A stretch of DNA of 64,000 nucleotides from Setoptus koraiensis (lineage: Eukaryota; Animalia; Arthropoda): NCBI GenBank assembly GCA_048013815.1, contig CM106585.1:5766001-5830000 (forward strand), in the 5' to 3' direction. This document shows positions 57,869 through 64,000 of this stretch, one piece after another (within the stretch, counting starts at the first letter, position 1; each line of letters opens with the position of its first letter). A program made the translations under genes and the position numbers. The notes beneath the pieces were generated by a model. It was not told the DNA's origin and ran no database searches. It worked only from the letters and a program-made list of their open reading frames with translations.

Positions 57869-59261
57869 ATGATGCTGGGTCAAATAAATCGAGTGATATC
57901 AGTTAGTCTGATGAATATTTCTAAACATCAGCGTAAAATTGGAAGTAAATTGGGGACAACTGTTGTGGGACTCTCATTTTTTGCCCCATTATCCACTAAA
58001 AAAGACAATGATTGCTTGACATATATTTGGACTGATGAGAATATATCCACCTTTATGGCCGAGCCCATAACAAAGAGGGATGTTCTTAAGAAAGAGAACC
58101 AACAGATGAGACACCTTATGGAGCTATTCATACTTGGTATTCAGCGTGATGTATTCATGTCACTTAAAAAATTCGAACAGGATGCCCAAGATCAACATGA
58201 ACAACACAGCGATATCATAGCCGCAACTGAGGTCAGACGAGGTGACAACACTTTGCAAAAAACCAATAAACTAGAGGATATGATAATAATCGATAGATGG
58301 CAGAGAGAAGAGGGTGGCGGCGGAATCAGTTGTCTCATACAAAATGGTAGAGTCTTTGAAAAGGTAAACTATCGAAATCACAACGATATCTCATCTAACT
58401 CACCCATTGATTTCTAAAACTTCAACTACGTGTCATGTTTGAATTATCTCAACACTTTATCAGGCGGGAGTTAATATTAGTGTTGTCCACGGAATGTTAC
58501 CTCCAGCGGCTGTTCAACAGATGAGAGCGAGAGGGAAACAGTTTTCTCAAAATAAACAAGGCGATTCCACTCAGATTCCATTCTTTGCCGCCGGAGTTAG
58601 CTGTGTTATTCATCCGAGAAACCCCAATATACCAACAATACACTTCAATTATCGTTATTTTGAGATCCCATCTCATCAATCAGACAACCAAAATGACTCA
58701 CAGGAGCCCAGCATGTGGTGGTTTGGTGGAGGCACAGATCTCACTCCGTATCTGTTAGACGAGCAGGATGTCCGACATTTTCATCGAGAGCTCAAGAAAG
58801 CATGCGATAAGAGTGATAAAACTTTCTATCCAAAATTTAAAGAGTGGTGTGATAAGTATTTCTACATCACTCACAGAGGAGAATGTAGAGGTGTTGGCGG
58901 TATATTTTTCGATGACGTAGACTATCCAAATCAGTCGAAAGCCTTCAAATTTGTCAGGGATTGTGCGAATGCGGTGCTGCCTTCCTATCTGCCTTTGATT
59001 GAGAAAAATATACTCAAAAGTTTCACAGATGAAGACCGAGATTGGCAACTCTTGAGACGGGGTCGCTACACTGAATTTAATTTAGTCTACGACAGAGGCA
59101 CTAAATTTGGTCTGGCCACACCCGGAGCCCGAATCGAGAGCATACTGATGTCCCTTCCCTTGTATGCGAAATTTTATTATCCACGAGGCCAAACAAGCAA
59201 TCCAAATCACGAAAAACTGACACAAGTTCTCAAAAAACCCAAAGAGTGGTTATCTGTCTGA
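57869..59261 (+). CDS. CPOX: Oxygen-dependent coproporphyrinogen-III oxidase, 2 exons
   Basis: Exons 57869-58363 and 58464-59261 (100-bp GT-AG intron; 431 codons). DRWQREEGGGGISC, VFEK|AGVNISVVHG, HPRNPNIPTIHFNYRYF, WWFGGGTDLTP, RGVGGIFFDD, RRGRYTEFNLVYDRGTKFGL. Confidence 0.97.
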
Positions 59262-59450
59262 AGCATTGTGAGCCAAACTACTGGCATCCCCAACCTTTTT
59301 CCATGCGAAACTCAAGCCATATTACATCTTGAATTCATTAAAATACTTTTTTGTTTTATGTTTTTGCTGATACACTGTTTATATACAATCTTGTGAGTTA
59401 TCAATTAAGAAGATTGTGAGCTATCACTGATAGGAATCTTCCTTGTCAGC

Positions 59451-60827
59451 CTAAATATGAACTTGTTCCCATGCTAAAGTCTCAGCGAAAGGTCCCATAA
59501 CTGTGTAGCTTAAAAAGAAAAAGCTTAGTCCAAAAGCGATTGAGATCGGCAAAGCAGGAAGGGCTTTCCTATTGATAGCTAGGAGGGCTAGTGTGCAACA
59601 TAAACCCACCAAGATAGCGATGAAACAAGCGATGGTAATGTTCCAATCTCCAAACGAAGAGGCCTTCCCCACAAGAACACTAAAAAATATAAAATCTCCC
59701 AATCCGAGTTTGACTCCTCGCTCCTCCTCAAGCTCTTGAGGATTCTGATTAATATGCACGATAACGTTGGCCTCTTCGTGGGACTCCGCGCCTGTTGAAG
59801 TGACTTGTAAAGATGGTCTTGAGTGTCGTGCTCTTCTAGTTTCGTCTCGGGAAGATCGTATAACCGCGACTACAGGTGGATGCTCTAGTTCGGCAGGTAT
59901 GTCTGTCACGTTGCCTTGATATTCAGAGGTTGCAGCACCATGTTGTGATGAGGCACCTCTTGTATCATGAGTACGGTTCTTATCTAATTTGGCCATTGGA
60001 ATGACTGTGGTGGTTGAGGATGCCACTGCTCCACTATCAACGCCTACTATCCAAGCCATCGCGGATGAATAAATGAGAGCGGGAAATAGCGGTTCATTTC
60101 TTTCTTGGGCTGTCTCAACGAGCACCCTTAGGGGTCCTCTGGGACTCAAAACTGCGACAAGATCCCAGAAAGATACAACAGCTAACACCGTCCAAACTGT
60201 CCAATCAGGCAGATATTTAATAAATATTAGGGCCATCAGGGCTGACACAACTATTAAGTAACCTTGTTGGAGGATGAGTGGACCTTTCCAGTGTATACAG
60301 ATCATACCGACCACTCCAATGTTCCATATCAGTATAGTCATGGTATAATCATCCATTGGTATGTTGTAGACTCGAAGAAATTCTCCAATGTACATAATGG
60401 TGAATATGAATAATAATAGTAATGATGATAAAATGAGCCATCCGTGAATTATTTTGTAGCAACTAAATTTGTACAACATAATTAGTACACAGGTCATGAA
60501 TATTATGAAGATCAGAAGTATGAAAGCATTGGCGAAAGACTGCCAGATCCTGGTGCCGGTATCGACAGTTTGATCGGTGAAAGGTGCATACCAGATGACA
60601 TATTCATTGGTATAATGGTAAGCGTCAGTGGCCTTGACAGTGGCGACAACAATCAGCATGCATAAGGAGACTGGAATAAATAATTTGATAACATGTTCGG
60701 CTCCATACTTCAATTCACCCATATCGTTGGACTCATTGTGACCATTGTCGGATTGGTTGTTACTGGATTGAGACGACGGCGAAGATGGGTCTCCCTCATT
60801 CAACCTCAGTGGGCTACAATCGCTCAT
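59451..60827 (-). CDS. PSEN: Presenilin (gamma-secretase catalytic subunit)
   Basis: 458-aa intronless ORF with [19 protein letters not shown], both catalytic Asp (SFWDLVAVL; GLGDFIF) and the PALP motif. Confidence 0.98.
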   Translation of the reverse strand: MSDCSPLRLNEGDPSSPSSQSSNNQSDNGHNESNDMGELKYGAEHVIKLFIPVSLCMLIVVATVKATDAYHYTNEYVIWYAPFTDQTVDTGTRIWQSFANAFILLIFIIFMTCVLIMLYKFSCYKIIHGWLILSSLLLLFIFTIMYIGEFLRVYNIPMDDYTMTILIWNIGVVGMICIHWKGPLILQQGYLIVVSALMALIFIKYLPDWTVWTVLAVVSFWDLVAVLSPRGPLRVLVETAQERNEPLFPALIYSSAMAWIVGVDSGAVASSTTTVIPMAKLDKNRTHDTRGASSQHGAATSEYQGNVTDIPAELEHPPVVAVIRSSRDETRRARHSRPSLQVTSTGAESHEEANVIVHINQNPQELEEERGVKLGLGDFIFFSVLVGKASSFGDWNITIACFIAILVGLCCTLALLAINRKALPALPISIAFGLSFFFLSYTVMGPFAETLAWEQVHI

Positions 60828-61280
60828 CTCTAATGAGAGTGCTCACCTATTGAAAAATTGAGGAATACGGTAGATAATATTTAATTGAGGCAGCTTCTTT
60901 GTGGTTGCCACAATATGGTGCAATGGTTTTCGAAATGTTTGTGTCTGGGTGCGATTCGGAAGAATTCGAACAAAACACATTAACGGGGCGGCAAATTCAA
61001 ACTGCTCACCTCCCAGGCGGGAGTTTGCCTCCCAGCCTCCCTCGATCACCTGACTGGCCCTTTTAATTGATAGCAAGTTCTTGCAGACGTTTGTGCTTAT
61101 GTAAATAAATACCGTACATATGTTAGGCCATTCGGATTCAAGACTTGATTCATTCTGAATCAAATCTTTTTATAAATTGGACGACTCACTCTTATCAAAC
61201 TAGCTTATTATTAAAAATATTTTCTCGGGACTCGTCATAATAATAACATCAATCATCGACTACAATAGAACAAAAGAACA

Positions 61281-62297
61281 ATGGAGAAAAGAAAACAGCA
61301 AGGCAACAAAAAGGGAGCGAAAAAAGCGCCACCAGAATGGTCTTACAGTCGCGTGCCGGCAGAACTCTGGCTTCGCATCATGAAACATCTGAACCATATT
61401 GTCGATCTGGGCCGTCTAGCTATGGTGTCCAAGGCACTCAATTCCATAGTGGCCGAGCGTTTGTTTGGATTCAAAGAGTTGCATCTCAACGAACACCTTT
61501 GGTGGGAGATGGACATAGAGGTGTTAGAGCACCTATTGAGGAGATTGCCAGAACTGAGACAGACTAATTTAACCACTGTCATATCACGGATTAAACCTGG
61601 CACCCATCGAGCCATCACCGACAATTGTCTCATGTTGACCACTTTGAACTTGAGTGAAATCTCCATTGCGCCAGGAGAACTAACTACAATCGTGACAAAA
61701 TGTGATAAGATTACATCGTTGACGATTGACGCTGTCAATTTTGAAGGAAATAGATGGGAATTGAGCATGATGTTGAACGTTGTTAAAGACCGGTTGTTGC
61801 ACCTTAGTGCGCGCGATATCGTGGGCCAGGAACTTGCCCCTAGCCTTAAGGCTAAGAGTTTTGTTCTTGAGTATCTCGACATACGATCCACCTTTAAGAA
61901 TGACAACTCGATACCTATGGCTTGTGCTTGTAAAAAATTGAAACGATTGCTGCTTACTATTGAGGCAAGTTACGAGGATGACGGAGAGAAACTATCCCGC
62001 ATATTAGTGGCCTGTAAGGACCTCGAAGAGCTAGTCTTAAGAGGCTACCACAGCAACCGAGGCTTTGGGCCGTTGCCGGCCAACTTACCGAAGCCAAAAA
62101 TCAAATTGGATGTGCCTTGGAGAGAGCACGGCTGGATGTACAACGAAACAGCCGAGTATCATTTCGATAACGAATCGGATGAATGGTGTGAGGAAAGGAT
62201 TGGTCTACTGGTTCAATTGAGAAAAAACGGACAAAGGCTCAACGAGTACGACTACAATCTTGTGCGATACATAATAGAGGACCCAGCGGATTGGTGA
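61281..62297 (+). CDS. F-box protein with LRR-like C-terminal region
   Basis: 338-aa intronless ORF. F-box pattern VPAELWLRIMKHL..IVDLGRLAMVSKALNSIV, then LxxLxL repeats (LRQTNL, LTTLNL, ITSLTI, LEYLDI, LKRLLL, LEELVL); basic N-terminus. Confidence 0.75.
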   Translation: MEKRKQQGNKKGAKKAPPEWSYSRVPAELWLRIMKHLNHIVDLGRLAMVSKALNSIVAERLFGFKELHLNEHLWWEMDIEVLEHLLRRLPELRQTNLTTVISRIKPGTHRAITDNCLMLTTLNLSEISIAPGELTTIVTKCDKITSLTIDAVNFEGNRWELSMMLNVVKDRLLHLSARDIVGQELAPSLKAKSFVLEYLDIRSTFKNDNSIPMACACKKLKRLLLTIEASYEDDGEKLSRILVACKDLEELVLRGYHSNRGFGPLPANLPKPKIKLDVPWREHGWMYNETAEYHFDNESDEWCEERIGLLVQLRKNGQRLNEYDYNLVRYIIEDPADW

Positions 62298-63082
62298 GAA
62301 TCAGCCAACCTAACCAAACAACTGGATACCGTCTTTGTATTAACCGATCATGAGTAGATAATGAGTCAAGTTTTCCAGTGAAAGAGTTTGCCTATGAAAA
62401 AAACAGCAATTCCACTAATCGTCCATTACCATTAGGTTATCATTGCACAAAAGCCATTGCATGCTATGCCGTAGGGCTCTCTCTCTCTCTCTCTCTCCCT
62501 AATCAAATGTTTTCAGGATTAATTAAAAACAAATCACCACAACAGAGCTGTCGCGATGATCTTTATTTTTGAAGTTTTTTTGCGGGCCCTTGTTTTCTCG
62601 TTTTCTTTCCGTGCATGTTACTTCCGGGAACTGTAGCTCAACCTTTACAGTATCGCAATATAGGCAGATGCAGTATATGCTGGGTCAGTACTTCTGCTAC
62701 ATACCCGTAATGACGACAGCTAAACTCATGTTGCGTTGACGTCGCGTCTGTCAAACAGTCGTAAATTTTCTTAATCAGTGCGTGCCGATTGCTGTCATAA
62801 CAAGGGCATGGGTGCATTATTTTGTGCACCAGAAACGCGACGAGAGGCACGTTCTCACTTGCATGGCTGTCAAATAGTGTTGAAAAAATTTGGCAACACA
62901 AGTGCTCGAGATGATGATTCGCATGTATTACGTCCACATTTTAATGGCAATGGGAAAGCAAGATGCACGCTTATCAAAACGCTACTATTAATAAAAATAT
63001 TCTACAATAAGCAATTGTTACTATCAATATTTATTCTTTTGATTGATAGATTCTACGATAAGCATTATTGGACTTTGGCAAG

Positions 63083-63343
63083 ATGCGCTGGTTCTCAAAC
63101 ATTCAAACCCACATGGACTACAGGGGTCAATATAACGCTGAACAATGGTCTCAAGGGATAATTATAGTATTTGTCTTGATTGGAACATTATGGGCCTACT
63201 TATCTCAGCTGTTCTCACTGGCAATAATGTGTCACGCAATCGGGGTAACTCTGGCTTGTTTACTTTGTCTACCGCCTTGGCCAATTTACAGAAGGCATCC
63301 ACTGAAGTGGCAACCGGCAGTTGAGAGACCACAGTCGCACTGA
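63083..63343 (+). CDS. SPCS1: Signal peptidase complex subunit 1 (SPC12)
   Basis: ATG at 63083. THMDYRGQ..AE, two TM segments and LPPWPIYRRHPLKWQ are characteristic of SPCS1. Confidence 0.93.
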   Translation: MRWFSNIQTHMDYRGQYNAEQWSQGIIIVFVLIGTLWAYLSQLFSLAIMCHAIGVTLACLLCLPPWPIYRRHPLKWQPAVERPQSH

Positions 63344-63806
63344 ATTAATTTGTTTTAGTTTACAAGTTCAGCAGCGGTAAATCTCTTGATGGAGTTCGAA
63401 AGCAACAACGCAGATTGATTTACCAATACAGGCAAGATTATGTTACAACATCAACGGAAAGCGCCTAACGAAGGGCCACCTGAATGATGCTTGCTGTAGG
63501 AATGCGAGAGATGCGAGGTCAGCATAGAGTTATTGTCTGTTATTGTTACCAGATTTTCGCTAGTTTTTATTAAAAAAGAAATTGTTGCTATCTATCAGCT
63601 ATTCCGAAGAAACTGCTGTCTTATAAGTGACTTGTGTGCATTGAGTGTGCGAGTGACTTTACTGGCTAGATACTTGTTGCTCCTTGTATATTGAACTGAT
63701 TTGAGGACTGTAGGGTGGGACTTGTGATTGAGGCCCGGAGAGCGCGAGAGTGAGCGATCAAGAAGTTAGTGTTCACTCAATGTCCCCCATTTATTAGCCT
63801 TCTCCG

Positions 63807-63998
63807 TTATGTTTCCGAGGGTCTACTAATACTTCCTTGCACTGCTCTCCCAATACTTCCTAATTCTTTGAACAAACCTTGTAACCCAATAACCTTTCTC
63901 TTGAGATCCCTATTTTCGGCCATGAGTTGGTCTAATTCTTGCGCCATTAAAACTGTTTCGACCATCTTCTCCGAACAACGTTCACATTCAGTTCGGCG
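63807..63998 (-). CDS. 3' end of a gene cut by the window edge; short coiled-coil / leucine-zipper-like C-terminus
   Basis: Open frame from the window edge: RRTECERCSEKMVETVLMAQELDQLMAENRDLKRKVIGLQGLFKELGSIGRAVQGSISRPSET*. Not in the ORF track; weak resemblance to C/EBP zippers. Confidence 0.4.
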   Translation of the reverse strand, partial: RRTECERCSEKMVETVLMAQELDQLMAENRDLKRKVIGLQGLFKELGSIGRAVQGSISRPSET

Positions 63999-64000
63999 CG

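Noticed and set aside
62378-63060. ORFs 62638-62937 (-) and 62778-63161 (+)
   Set aside because: No recognisable homology; the latter overlaps SPCS1 in another frame.
1-64000. Transposable elements
   Set aside because: No transposase, RT or integrase motifs, LTRs, or terminal inverted repeats with target-site duplications were recognised.

Overview
Eukaryotic (animal) genomic DNA; no prokaryotic operons, rRNA, tRNA or CRISPR arrays were seen. Compact AT-richer clusters of mostly intronless or short-intron genes alternate with GC-rich, microsatellite-laden non-coding blocks, the largest about 7.2-25.1 kb. Gene content and heavy intron loss suggest a mite with a streamlined genome, possibly eriophyoid (inference only). 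Recognisable genes: calcineurin A, NRF-6-like acyltransferase, ELOVL elongase, SDR16C-like dehydrogenase, two papain-family genes in an inverted duplication, a CLIP-170-like coiled-coil protein, GON4L, fatty acyl-CoA reductase, SUV3, a DEAH helicase, CPOX, presenilin, an F-box protein and SPCS1. Most unusual observations: (1) a head-to-head pair of membrane-anchored cathepsins whose catalytic Cys is Ser, with a near-identical central tract suggesting gene conversion; (2) an unannotated ~306-nt structured, oligo-U-terminated RNA with 7SK-like architecture at 45274-45579 (-); (3) a DEAH helicase that looks DHX15-like in its first ~135 core residues and DHX33-like thereafter; (4) a UPF1-derived pseudo-helicase with dead motifs and no RecA2; (5) an RNF4-like SIM+RING protein and an orphan secreted protein. 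All homology calls come from recalled family motifs and hand alignment or hand folding. No searches were run.
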